Of a stretch of 20,000 nucleotides of DNA, positions 8,708 to 17,379 are shown piece after piece. The translations under genes and the position numbers were made by a program. Position 1 is the first letter of the stretch. The number at the start of each line of letters is the position of its first letter. The stretch is from sequence record SRR31156797_5325. One strand, written 5' to 3'. Below the pieces are notes generated by a model, which saw only the letters and a list, made by a program, of their open reading frames with translations, did not search any database and was not told where the DNA came from.

Positions 8708-9811
8708 TTAGCCGTTTTTATTTGGTCTCAGTTTTACCCAAATTGAGTCATTTCCATTTACTGTGATAACTCGATTGTAAGTTTCGAAACCATCTTTTGA
8801 TACTGTCACCTGATGACGACCTGCTGGCAGGACAATCTCAACAGGCGTACTACCATAGTTGATACCGTTGATAGTTACTGAATCATTATATTGGTCAGAA
8901 CGTACGGTTACGTTCGCCCACTGTTTGTCATTCTTTTTAGCACTGTTATCCGCAGTACCTTGCAAACAGTAACGTGTAGAGACATTTAGCATCTTACATG
9001 CTGCGATGGCTTCAGGTTTTGCTTGTAGCTGAGCCTGCATGCTTGTGATGTACTGGTTGTTGCCTTCGAAGCCACTGTTGATAATTTGGCTTTCTTGAAC
9101 GTGGATATTCAGTTCCACGCCATTTAAGTTTTGCTTAGCGATAACAGACTCAGTTAAACCATCAAGTAACTTGGCACGGAATGTCTTCACGGCTTTTTGC
9201 TTGGTTAGGTATTTGCCTTGGTTTGCACATTCACCGAGTGTCATCGTCGTTGAACAAGTGGTTTTATAACTTGTTTCAAGAACACTACTTTCACGAAGTT
9301 CCGCTTCAAGACGCTTTACTCGCGCTTCAATACGGCTTTCTTCTAGGTTGGCGAACTCTGTTTTTAAACGAGCTTGCTTTTGCTTAATCTGTGACAGACG
9401 CATTTCGCTTTCTGTAATAGATTGCTCATTTGTGAGTTTTTCAGATTGATTCTGCTTAACCGCAGCCCAGCTTTCTTGATATTTCTTCTGAAAAGTGACC
9501 AAATCGGTATCAGGGTCTTCAAGAAGACGAGCATACTGCTTGTCTAAAGCTGACTTGGCTCGGTTGCGTTTAGCATCCAAGTCATCTGCTTCACGTTGAA
9601 GGCGTTCTTCTTCATTTTTCAATTGTTGAAGTTTGGCACCTTCCGTCTCATATTCTGAAGAAATCGCGTCAATTTCATTCTGTTTAATACTAATCTTTTC
9701 ATCGATGCTCGCCACAGGATCTACCTGTGTTACTGGTTCTGCGTACACCGATGCAGTTACCCAAATTGGGCTTAGCGCAAGTAGTAGCGCTGGGATGCGA
9801 TATTTGATCAT
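8708..9811 (-). CDS. Exported coiled-coil + PEGA domain protein, paralogue of the N-terminal about 360 aa of the downstream gene
   Basis: Start reassigned from 9862 to ATG 9811 (MIKYRIPALLLALSP...VYA-E gives a clean signal peptide; 367 aa). C-terminal PEGA-like INGINYGSTP...GRHQVTVSKDGF. Confidence 0.85.
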   Translation of the reverse strand: MIKYRIPALLLALSPIWVTASVYAEPVTQVDPVASIDEKISIKQNEIDAISSEYETEGAKLQQLKNEEERLQREADDLDAKRNRAKSALDKQYARLLEDPDTDLVTFQKKYQESWAAVKQNQSEKLTNEQSITESEMRLSQIKQKQARLKTEFANLEESRIEARVKRLEAELRESSVLETSYKTTCSTTMTLGECANQGKYLTKQKAVKTFRAKLLDGLTESVIAKQNLNGVELNIHVQESQIINSGFEGNNQYITSMQAQLQAKPEAIAACKMLNVSTRYCLQGTADNSAKKNDKQWANVTVRSDQYNDSVTINGINYGSTPVEIVLPAGRHQVTVSKDGFETYNRVITVNGNDSIWVKLRPNKNG

Positions 9812-10245
9812 AGGTCCCTGCAACAATTTAACATTTAACCACTGTAATAGTGGGAAAGACAATCTTTTGACGGCTTATAGAAAGCTGACTCTTTTGTATA
9901 ATCTGTGTAGCTTTTTGTTTAAAAGCACGAAAACTTACGAGGACCTGCTACTAGGTCACTGATTTTTTGTAAACCTTACAATTGTACATCTCCCATTTTG
10001 AGCAGATTATTAAAATATGCAAGCTCCGATTTTCGATCAACTATGCCGTTTTTCAATTGAACACACATTGACCGTAATTTATGTGCACTTGATCATTGTT
10101 CCGATTAGTCCAATCACTCTATTTTTATTCATGCATCTTTGATGTTATGCATCATGTTTGTTATTGGGTTTGATCGGTTAACGTGAATATCCCTATCGAC
10201 AAATTTGTTATAAAATGGCGGGTACCTTGTTTAAGTGAAATGACC

Positions 10246-11070
10246 ATGAGCGAAACTAATCCCCAAGTTCTCAACCAAACAGAACAAAGAGCCAAAGTTT
10301 TGTCGCCTCGTCCTGCGCAATTAATCACCTTGCCTGCGTATATGGAGTGTCACGATCATAGTTATACTCAAATTGTTATCGGTTTGAAGGGACAAGCAGA
10401 GTTTGAAGTCTGTGGCAGTGGAAATATTGTTGGCCCGGGGCAGGGGTGTGTGGTGACTTCGGGGTCAGATCATGCATTTGGTGGCATTGTTGGCCAGTCA
10501 GATATTTTAGTACTTAACTTACCCATTCCTTCAAACGATGATCCTCTGGCGCTACAAAAGATAAATGATCTGTCCCGCCAAGATATTTATTTTCAGCTTG
10601 ATGGTCAGGTTCAACGCTTAATTCAGATGCTGGTGTTGGAAATGCAGCAGAACCCCGATGATTTGCTGTTAAGCCGCGCGTGTGGGGATACCGTTAGCGC
10701 TGTGTTACAAAGACACATATCGAGTTTTTCTACCCATCGCAAAGACTCTCGTTTTGATTTGGAAGCGGTTGATCGCTATATAGAACAAAATTTAAGTCGC
10801 CGTATCTCCGTGGCACAGTTAGCTGGCAGCGTATTTCTTGGTGAAAGCCAGTTTCATATGTTGTTTAAAGAGCAAATCGGCGTCACGCCTCATCAATACG
10901 TGCTCGGTAAACGGATTGATATGGCCAAAACTTTGATAGAGCAGGGACGTTTGAATTTAGGCCAAATCGCTGAGCTTACTGGGTTTTCCAATCAGAGTAC
11001 GTTTACTCATACCTTTTCTCGCCTGCATGGCGTTTCTCCCTCACAGTTCAAAAAAACTTGTCGTAGTTAA
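10246..11070 (+). CDS. AraC-family transcriptional regulator (cupin + double HTH), probably a PruR-like put activator
   Basis: N-terminal HDHSYTQ...H cupin motif; C-terminal F...G.TP..Y and IAELTGFSNQSTFTHTFSRLHGVSPSQF. Start uncertain (ATG 10240 or 10246 rather than GTG 10183, since a TGTTATAAAAT -10-like element lies at about 10206-10216). Role inferred from adjacency to putA. Confidence 0.85.
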   Translation: MSETNPQVLNQTEQRAKVLSPRPAQLITLPAYMECHDHSYTQIVIGLKGQAEFEVCGSGNIVGPGQGCVVTSGSDHAFGGIVGQSDILVLNLPIPSNDDPLALQKINDLSRQDIYFQLDGQVQRLIQMLVLEMQQNPDDLLLSRACGDTVSAVLQRHISSFSTHRKDSRFDLEAVDRYIEQNLSRRISVAQLAGSVFLGESQFHMLFKEQIGVTPHQYVLGKRIDMAKTLIEQGRLNLGQIAELTGFSNQSTFTHTFSRLHGVSPSQFKKTCRS

Positions 11071-11262
11071 TCTGTAGAGTTCGTCTCGTCGAACGCATTG
11101 CTAGTGCATCCTTCTATTAAATAATAATTTTAATGATAATTATTCCCTTTAAGCTGATGATTATTCACTTATAAGGTTGTTTGTTTGCGAAATTTGCTAA
11201 AAACACAGCACATTATTTTGTTTTATATGATGTGATTCTGTTTTTGTTTTGTTAAAAAACCA

Positions 11263-11322
11263 AGTTTTTGGCAAAAAGCTCGGAGTTTTTGACAAGTATT
11301 CTTCACAAGCTCAAAATACACT
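11263..11322 (+). promoter_or_regulatory. Putative putA promoter with tandem 21-bp-spaced direct repeats
   Basis: AGTTTTTGGCAA (11263-11274) and AGTTTTTGACAA (11284-11295); candidate -10 TACACT at 11317-11322. Confidence 0.5.
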
Positions 11323-11380
11323 GCTGCCATTGTAGGAAATCTGCATTTAATCGATGCAGGTATGAGATTGAGGAAAACGT

Positions 11381-14300
11381 GTGTTTACAGCGACAGATGT
11401 GTTGAAAGCCGAGTTTGTAGAGCAGCCGCTTAGCAAGCTATGGTCACAGATCTCTCCACTTTATATGGTGGACGAATCCCAATGGCTAAAGGAATTACTG
11501 CCTCTAGCGACTCCCACTGATGAAGAGAAGTCTGCGATTTCGGTTAAGACAACTCAATTAATTGAAGCGATTCGTAAAGATAAGCAGTCAATTCAGATGA
11601 TTGACGCTTTGCTTCTTGAGTACAGTTTAGATACTCATGAAGGCATTCTTTTGATGTGTCTTGCTGAAGCATTGATGCGTATTCCAGATGCAGAAACTGC
11701 CGATGCTTTTATTAAAGACCGTCTCGGTGTTGCTGACTGGAAATCACACCTGAAAAGTTCCGACTCGGTGTTTGTTAATGCGTCTACTTGGGGCTTAATG
11801 TTCACCGGCAAAGTGATTGGATTGCCTGATGCTGAAAGCACAAGTCCAGTTCAAGCTGTTAACCGCTTAGTGAACAAACTGTCAGAGCCTGTAATTCGTA
11901 AAGCGATGCATCAAGCGATGAAGATCATGGGTCACCAGTTTGTTCTTGGCCGTGACATTGCTGAAGCGAAGAAGAACGGCCGCAAGATGCGCGACAAAGG
12001 CTATACCTATTCATTCGATATGTTAGGTGAAGCGGCGTTGACAACAGCGGATGCGAAAAAATATTGCAATGATTACCTAACGGCCATTGAAGCGGTCGGT
12101 AGTGATAAGTACGGCTTGGATACTAGCCCTGCGCCATCCATTTCAATCAAACTTTCTGCTCTTCACCCTCGTTATGAAGTCGCCAATCGCGAGCGCGTAA
12201 TGACAGAGCTTTATCAAACTTTAATGGATTTATTGGCTAAAGCGAAAGAGCTGGATGTTGCGATTACTATTGATGCTGAAGAAGCGGATCGTCTGGAGCT
12301 GTCTTTAGAGCTGTTTGAGAAAGTTTATCGCAGTGAGTTAGTGAAAGGTTGGGGTAAATTTGGTCTGGTTATTCAGTCATACTCCAAGCGTGCTCTTCCT
12401 GTTTTGGTATGGTTAACGGCTTTAGCAAAAGAGCAAGGTGATTTGATCCCTGTGCGTTTGGTTAAAGGTGCGTATTGGGACAGTGAAATTAAATGGTCGC
12501 AACAGGCTGGTTATACTGGCTACCCAGTTTATACGCGTAAAGAAGCGACAGATGTTGCGTACTTAGCTTGTGCTCGTTTCCTACTGAGCGAGAGCGTTCG
12601 CGGTCATCTGTTCCCTCAATTTGCCAGCCACAACGCACAAACTGTGACTTCTATTGCTGTGATGGCACAGCACAAAGATTTTGAGTTCCAGCGTCTTCAC
12701 GGTATGGGCGATGCTCTATACAACCATGCGATGGAAGCTTACCAACAATCGGTACGTATCTACGCACCCGTCGGTAGCCACAAAGATCTACTTCCATACC
12801 TTGTTCGTCGTCTACTGGAAAATGGCGCAAACAGCTCGTTTGTTCACCGTTTGGTCGATGCGCGTTGTCCTGTTTCAGCGCTAACGCAGCACCCTGTAGA
12901 TATGCTTTTAGAGTATGAGACGCTAAACAATACACAAATTCCATTACCACCAGCGATATTCCCGGAACGTGGTAACTCATACGGCGTGAACGTTGATATT
13001 GAAAGTGAAGCGGCACCGTTTGAAAAACAGGTTGAAGCGTTTACTGGTCAGCAATGGACAGCAGTACCGATCATCAATGGCGCGTCAAAACTCGAAAGCA
13101 TGATCAAGGATAGCGTTGATCCTGTCGTGGTCACCGCACCTTATGATCGTCGTATTGAAGTCGGTCAAGTTTACATGACTTCCCATGATCATGTTTCCGA
13201 AGCGATCGAAACCGCGCATGCGGCGTTTGCTTCTTGGAACCAAGAGTCATCAGCTGTTCGAGGCGAAAAGCTTGAGAAGCTGGCCGATCTAATGGAACAG
13301 AATCTGGCAGAGTTGGTGGCTATTTGTCATCACGAAGCGGGTAAAACGATTCACGACAGTATTGATGAAGTGCGTGAAGCCGTAGACTTCTGCCGCTACT
13401 ACGCAAAACAAGTCGACACTTTGGGTGAATTTACCGTTGAAGATTTTGATGGTTCAGAGCGTAAGGTGGTTCGTCAAGGACGGGGTGTTTTTGTTTGTAT
13501 TAGCCCATGGAACTTCCCATTAGCGATTTTCTTAGGACAAGTTACAGCTGCGCTTGTCGCAGGTAATACGGTTGTTGCTAAACCGGCCGAACAAACAAGT
13601 TTAATTGCTGCTCGTGCTGTTGAGTTGATGCTTGAAGCTGGCTTCCCGGGTGGTGTTATCCAGTTATTGCCAGGTAAAGGTTCTGAAATTGGTCATGCTT
13701 TAACGTCTCACCACAATATAGCTGGTGTGGCGTTTACCGGTTCAACAGCGACAGCGCAACGTATCAACCAAACCTTGGCTGAGCGTGACGCAGCACCGGT
13801 ACCATTTATCGCCGAAACGGGTGGTCAAAATGCAATGATCGTTGATAGTACAGCGCTACCAGAACAGGTTGTGCGTGACGTACTTCGCTCCGCTTTCGCT
13901 TCAGCTGGTCAGCGTTGTTCTGCACTGCGTGTGCTATTTGTTCAACAAGATATTGCTGATCGAATCATCGAGTTGATTGAAGGTGCGATGCAAGAGCTTT
14001 CAGTTGGTTTGCCTTATCTGCACAGTACCGATGTTGGTCCAGTGATAGACACGAAAGCGAAGCAAATCCTGATTGATCATATCGAGCATATGACTAAGAC
14101 ACAGAAAAAAGTGGCTCAGTTAGCTTTAAATGAAGAATGCCAACACGGTGACTTTGTTTCACCAACCGCGTTTGAAATTTCAGATATTTCTTGCCTGAAG
14201 GAAGAAAAGTTTGGTCCGGTTCTGCACATTGTGCGATTCAAAGCGAAAGAACTTGCTGATGTTGTTCACCAAATTAACCAGACAGGTTTTGGTTTGACTA

Positions 14301-14500
14301 TGGGTATTCACAGCCGGAATGAAACAACGTATCGCTGGATTGAAAAACATGCTCGTGTTGGTAACTGTTATATCAACCGAGATCAGGTAGGTGCTGTAGT
14401 GGGGGTTCAACCATTCGGCGGTCAAGGGCTTTCAGGCACAGGGCCAAAAGCGGGTGGTCCACACTATTTATACCGTTTTTCTCAAGTTAAATACTGTTAA
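11381..14500 (+). CDS. putA: Bifunctional proline dehydrogenase / L-glutamate-gamma-semialdehyde dehydrogenase, with no N-terminal RHH domain and no fused C-terminal domain
   Basis: SFDMLGEAA, SIKLSALHPRY, IDAEE, RLVKGAYWD, FQRLHGMG, YLVRRLLENGAN, ISPWNFP, ETGGQN, SAGQRCSALR and GPKAGGPHYL motifs. GTG start with GAGG RBS. Confidence 0.97.
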   Translation: MFTATDVLKAEFVEQPLSKLWSQISPLYMVDESQWLKELLPLATPTDEEKSAISVKTTQLIEAIRKDKQSIQMIDALLLEYSLDTHEGILLMCLAEALMRIPDAETADAFIKDRLGVADWKSHLKSSDSVFVNASTWGLMFTGKVIGLPDAESTSPVQAVNRLVNKLSEPVIRKAMHQAMKIMGHQFVLGRDIAEAKKNGRKMRDKGYTYSFDMLGEAALTTADAKKYCNDYLTAIEAVGSDKYGLDTSPAPSISIKLSALHPRYEVANRERVMTELYQTLMDLLAKAKELDVAITIDAEEADRLELSLELFEKVYRSELVKGWGKFGLVIQSYSKRALPVLVWLTALAKEQGDLIPVRLVKGAYWDSEIKWSQQAGYTGYPVYTRKEATDVAYLACARFLLSESVRGHLFPQFASHNAQTVTSIAVMAQHKDFEFQRLHGMGDALYNHAMEAYQQSVRIYAPVGSHKDLLPYLVRRLLENGANSSFVHRLVDARCPVSALTQHPVDMLLEYETLNNTQIPLPPAIFPERGNSYGVNVDIESEAAPFEKQVEAFTGQQWTAVPIINGASKLESMIKDSVDPVVVTAPYDRRIEVGQVYMTSHDHVSEAIETAHAAFASWNQESSAVRGEKLEKLADLMEQNLAELVAICHHEAGKTIHDSIDEVREAVDFCRYYAKQVDTLGEFTVEDFDGSERKVVRQGRGVFVCISPWNFPLAIFLGQVTAALVAGNTVVAKPAEQTSLIAARAVELMLEAGFPGGVIQLLPGKGSEIGHALTSHHNIAGVAFTGSTATAQRINQTLAERDAAPVPFIAETGGQNAMIVDSTALPEQVVRDVLRSAFASAGQRCSALRVLFVQQDIADRIIELIEGAMQELSVGLPYLHSTDVGPVIDTKAKQILIDHIEHMTKTQKKVAQLALNEECQHGDFVSPTAFEISDISCLKEEKFGPVLHIVRFKAKELADVVHQINQTGFGLTMGIHSRNETTYRWIEKHARVGNCYINRDQVGAVVGVQPFGGQGLSGTGPKAGGPHYLYRFSQVKYC

Positions 14501-14524
14501 TCGAATAGGCGAAGGGGACCAAAC

Positions 14525-15223
14525 ATGGTGCATCAAGTAACTCGTTTTTCTGACGCTTTTTCGGCTTGGGAAAATTGGAATTTAACCGGTTTTGACTACA
14601 AATGTGAGTGCTTACTTTCTTTGAAGTCGAATTTAGAAAGTACGTTGCCTAAAGTGGCTAAAGTACTTTCTTATCACCTTCACCAAGCGTCAACCTTGCT
14701 GGGGCATACGCATCAGCTGGTTGGCCCTACTGGTGAAACGAATGAGCTTTATACCGCAGGTCGCGGCGTAGCACTGATTATTCAGGAAGATAACAGTAAC
14801 GCAGCGAAACAATCGGTAGCGGCTCAATTATGCGCTGCATTAATCGCGGGTAACAGCGTGGTTTTATGTAGCGATGATGCTGAACTTACTTCTGCATTAA
14901 AGTCTGCTTATGAGCAGTCAACAATGCCAGCAAATGTCCTGCAATTTGTCACTCTAGATGCGCAACATCAGTTGCTGGAGTCAGACGTTCGCAGTGTTGG
15001 CTATGTTGGTAACGCTTCTGTTGAGCAACGTCTTAATCGAGAATTGGCGAAACGTACAGGCGCTATTGTGAGTTTAGTTTCTGAAACGGATCTCGATGCA
15101 ACTCCGGTGGCATACGATCCACATCTTTCACTGCGATTTATTACTGAGCGTACTCGTACGATCAATATTACAGCAGTGGGGGGCAACGCAACCCTACTTG
15201 AGTTAGGGAGCGAGTCTCACTAG
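14525..15223 (+). CDS. Stand-alone PutA C-terminal ALDH-fold domain (non-catalytic; often labelled P5C dehydrogenase)
   Basis: LVGPTGETNEL and ERTRTINITAVGGNATLL match the C-terminal domain motifs of long PutA proteins; AALIAGNSV is a Rossmann-fold remnant; own RBS (GAAGGGG). Confidence 0.8.
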   Translation: MVHQVTRFSDAFSAWENWNLTGFDYKCECLLSLKSNLESTLPKVAKVLSYHLHQASTLLGHTHQLVGPTGETNELYTAGRGVALIIQEDNSNAAKQSVAAQLCAALIAGNSVVLCSDDAELTSALKSAYEQSTMPANVLQFVTLDAQHQLLESDVRSVGYVGNASVEQRLNRELAKRTGAIVSLVSETDLDATPVAYDPHLSLRFITERTRTINITAVGGNATLLELGSESH

Positions 15224-15240
15224 TTTCTTTCTTTTTAATT

Positions 15241-15262
15241 CCCCTTTCGCTTGAGAAAGGGG
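15241..15262 (+). other. Intercistronic hairpin upstream of putP
   Basis: CCCCTTTC-GCTTGA-GAAAGGGG, preceded rather than followed by a U-rich run. Confidence 0.6.
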
Positions 15263-15298
15263 GACACACGGAAGTCATTTAATACAGAGGATTAATAC

Positions 15299-16789
15299 AT
15301 GGAAAATAGCTTTGCTATTACAACCACCTTTATCGTTTACCTCATTTTGATGTTAGGTATTGGTGTTTACGCTTATCAACGAACGAAAAACTCGTCAGAT
15401 TACTTTCTGGGTGGTCGCTCTCTAGGTCCTTGGCCTGCGGCACTTTCAGCGGGTGCGTCTGATATGAGTGGTTGGTTGTTGCTTGGCCTTCCTGGTTACG
15501 CTTATGCAGCCGGTTTTGAAGCATTTTGGTTGGCTGGTGGCCTACTTGCAGGTACTTGGCTGAACTGGCTATTGGTTGCAAAACGTCTACGTACTTACAG
15601 TGTGACAACGGATGCTTTGACATTACCAGAGTTTTTCTCGCGTCGTTTCAATGATAAATCAAAATTGATTCAAACAATTTCAGCCTTCTTTATCCTTTTA
15701 TTCTTCCTTTTCTATACCAGCTCTGGTTTAGTTGCAGGTGGTAAGTTGTTCGAAACAGTATTTGGTATTGATTACACTATCGCGGTGATTATTGGTACGA
15801 TTTGTGTAGTTTCATACACATTGTTTGGTGGTTTCTTAGCGGTTTCTTGGACTGACTTAGTGCAAGGTCTATTGATGGCGGCGGCGCTACTGATTGTTCC
15901 TATTGCTGCGCTAGAAGGTGGCTTTGACACGTTAGAAACAGAACTGACTAGCATTAACCCTGAGTTGTTAACGCTGTGGAATGGTATGGATGGCAAGCCG
16001 CTTTCTGCTATCGCGATCATCTCTCTTGTGGCTTGGGGTCTAGGTTATTTTGGCCAGCCGCACATCCTTGCTCGTTTTAAAGCGTCACGTACGAATAAAG
16101 ACCTAACAACGGCACGCCGTATCGCTGTTGTGTGGACGGGTTTGTCCATGCTAGGTGCTATGTTGGTTGGTTTTGTTGGTTTGGTTTATGTGACTAACCA
16201 TCCAACACTGGTGCTTGAAGATGGTGAAAAAATCTTCATGTTATTGGTTAACGCCATCTTCCACCCAATTATTGCGGGTATCTTGTTAGCAGCTATCCTA
16301 GCGGCAATCATGAGTACTGCCGATTCTCAGTTGTTGGTTTCTTCGTCTGCATTAGCGGAAGATTTCTACAAGCAAGTATTCAAAACAGACGCGAGCTCTG
16401 AAGAGATTGTACGTATCGGCCGTATCGCTGTGATCCTACTTTCAGTCATTGCATTAATTCTAGCGATGACACCTGATAGTTCTGTATTAGGGTTAGTCTC
16501 TTACGCTTGGGCTGGTTTTGGTGCGGCATTTGGTCCAGCATTGATGCTGAGCTTGTACTGGTCTCGAATGAACCGCAACGGTGCTCTAGCGGGTATTCTT
16601 GTTGGTGGTATTACTATTGTTGTTTGGAAACAACTTTCTGGTGGTTGGTATGATGTTTACGAAATCGTACCAGGAATCATCTTGTCGACGATTGCCATTG
16701 TTGTTGTAAGCCTAGTAACAGGTGAGCCAGAGCAAGCGGTTAAGTCGCAACATCAAACCTACAAAAAACAGCTTGTTGATCTAGACTAA
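15299..16789 (+). CDS. putP: Sodium/proline symporter
   Basis: DYFLGGRSLG, ALSAGASDMSGWLLLGLPG, WGLGYFGQPHIL, AAIMSTADSQLL and YAWAGFGAAFGP motifs; many TM helices. Confidence 0.97.
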   Translation: MENSFAITTTFIVYLILMLGIGVYAYQRTKNSSDYFLGGRSLGPWPAALSAGASDMSGWLLLGLPGYAYAAGFEAFWLAGGLLAGTWLNWLLVAKRLRTYSVTTDALTLPEFFSRRFNDKSKLIQTISAFFILLFFLFYTSSGLVAGGKLFETVFGIDYTIAVIIGTICVVSYTLFGGFLAVSWTDLVQGLLMAAALLIVPIAALEGGFDTLETELTSINPELLTLWNGMDGKPLSAIAIISLVAWGLGYFGQPHILARFKASRTNKDLTTARRIAVVWTGLSMLGAMLVGFVGLVYVTNHPTLVLEDGEKIFMLLVNAIFHPIIAGILLAAILAAIMSTADSQLLVSSSALAEDFYKQVFKTDASSEEIVRIGRIAVILLSVIALILAMTPDSSVLGLVSYAWAGFGAAFGPALMLSLYWSRMNRNGALAGILVGGITIVVWKQLSGGWYDVYEIVPGIILSTIAIVVVSLVTGEPEQAVKSQHQTYKKQLVDLD

Positions 16790-16819
16790 CGCTCTTTAAT
16801 CGTTATCTCTCCCTATCTC

Positions 16820-16847
16820 AAAGCCCCACTTCGGTGGGGCTTTTCTT
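16820..16847 (+). terminator. Intrinsic terminator of the put operon
   Basis: AAAGCCCCAC-TTCG-GTGGGGCTTTTCTT with a C(UUCG)G tetraloop. Confidence 0.93.
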
Positions 16848-17000
16848 ACAAATAAATCATCGCTAGCAGAATGATTAAACTTTGTATCTAGTCTAAATTG
16901 TATTTACATCACATTTCTGAGTGAAAAATTTGAGTGTGTACTCCAAAGTGATTAAATAAACAACATCTTACTTAATTCAAAATAATTAGAGGGTTTCATC

Positions 17001-17234
17001 ATGCCGGAAGTACATTGCAGCTGTTGTAGTAAATCAACACAACACAAAGTTGTAATGAGGCGCAGTGTGAAAGAACCGGCCTCTAGTTGGCAGACGGTCC
17101 AGTATTTTTTCTCTATGCTCGTTCAAGGTGAGCACTACTACAAAATGGAGAAACAGATGTTTTGCCGTGAATGCAATCACCAAACCAGTATCGCTGAACC
17201 AAAGTTTGCTGGAGTAAATACTGTCAAAGTTTAA
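17001..17234 (+). CDS. Small hypothetical protein, putative zinc ribbon (CxCC...CxxC)
   Basis: AGAGGG RBS, ATG start, HCSCC and FCREC motifs, its own terminator, and an AT-rich upstream region. Confidence 0.7.
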   Translation: MPEVHCSCCSKSTQHKVVMRRSVKEPASSWQTVQYFFSMLVQGEHYYKMEKQMFCRECNHQTSIAEPKFAGVNTVKV

Positions 17235-17248
17235 GATTTTTCTTTAAG

Positions 17249-17280
17249 AGAAAGGGCATCGTCTGATGCCCTTTCTTTTT
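17249..17280 (+). terminator. Intrinsic terminator after the 77-aa gene
   Basis: AGAAAGGGCATC-GTCT-GATGCCCTTTCT followed by TTTT. Confidence 0.9.
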
Positions 17281-17283
17281 GTC

Positions 17284-17299
17284 TGTGAGCATAATCACA
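17284..17299. promoter_or_regulatory. CRP-binding site upstream of the Lrp-family gene
   Basis: Perfect core TGTGA-GCATAA-TCACA, 80 bp upstream of the ATG. Confidence 0.7.
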
Positions 17300-17379
17300 A
17301 CCCACAATGAAGAGGTTCATCCTACTGATATTAGGCAGTATTGTATGACTCAATTACTCTTGGACAGAAGAATTAAGTC

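Noticed and set aside
9812-9862. N-terminal extension of the PEGA protein given in the ORF track
   Set aside because: ATG 9811 gives a canonical signal peptide that aligns with the paralogue's start.
6852-9962. Short ORFs overlapping the two PEGA genes
   Set aside because: Shadow frames of well-supported CDSs with no motif support.
11231-11246. CRP site upstream of putA
   Set aside because: Only the TGTGA half-site is present; the second half (TTTTG) does not match.
14490-14530. Frameshift or pseudogene explanation for the PutA split
   Set aside because: Clean stop, a 24-bp spacer with its own RBS and ATG, and both parts keep intact motifs.
11635-16020. Short ORFs within putA, the PutA C-terminal gene and putP
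   Set aside because: Fully overlap conserved genes and have no independent evidence.
16895-16916. CRP site upstream of the 77-aa gene (AAATTGTA-TTTACA-TCACATTT)
   Set aside because: One perfect half-site, but the other matches only 2/5; too weak to call.
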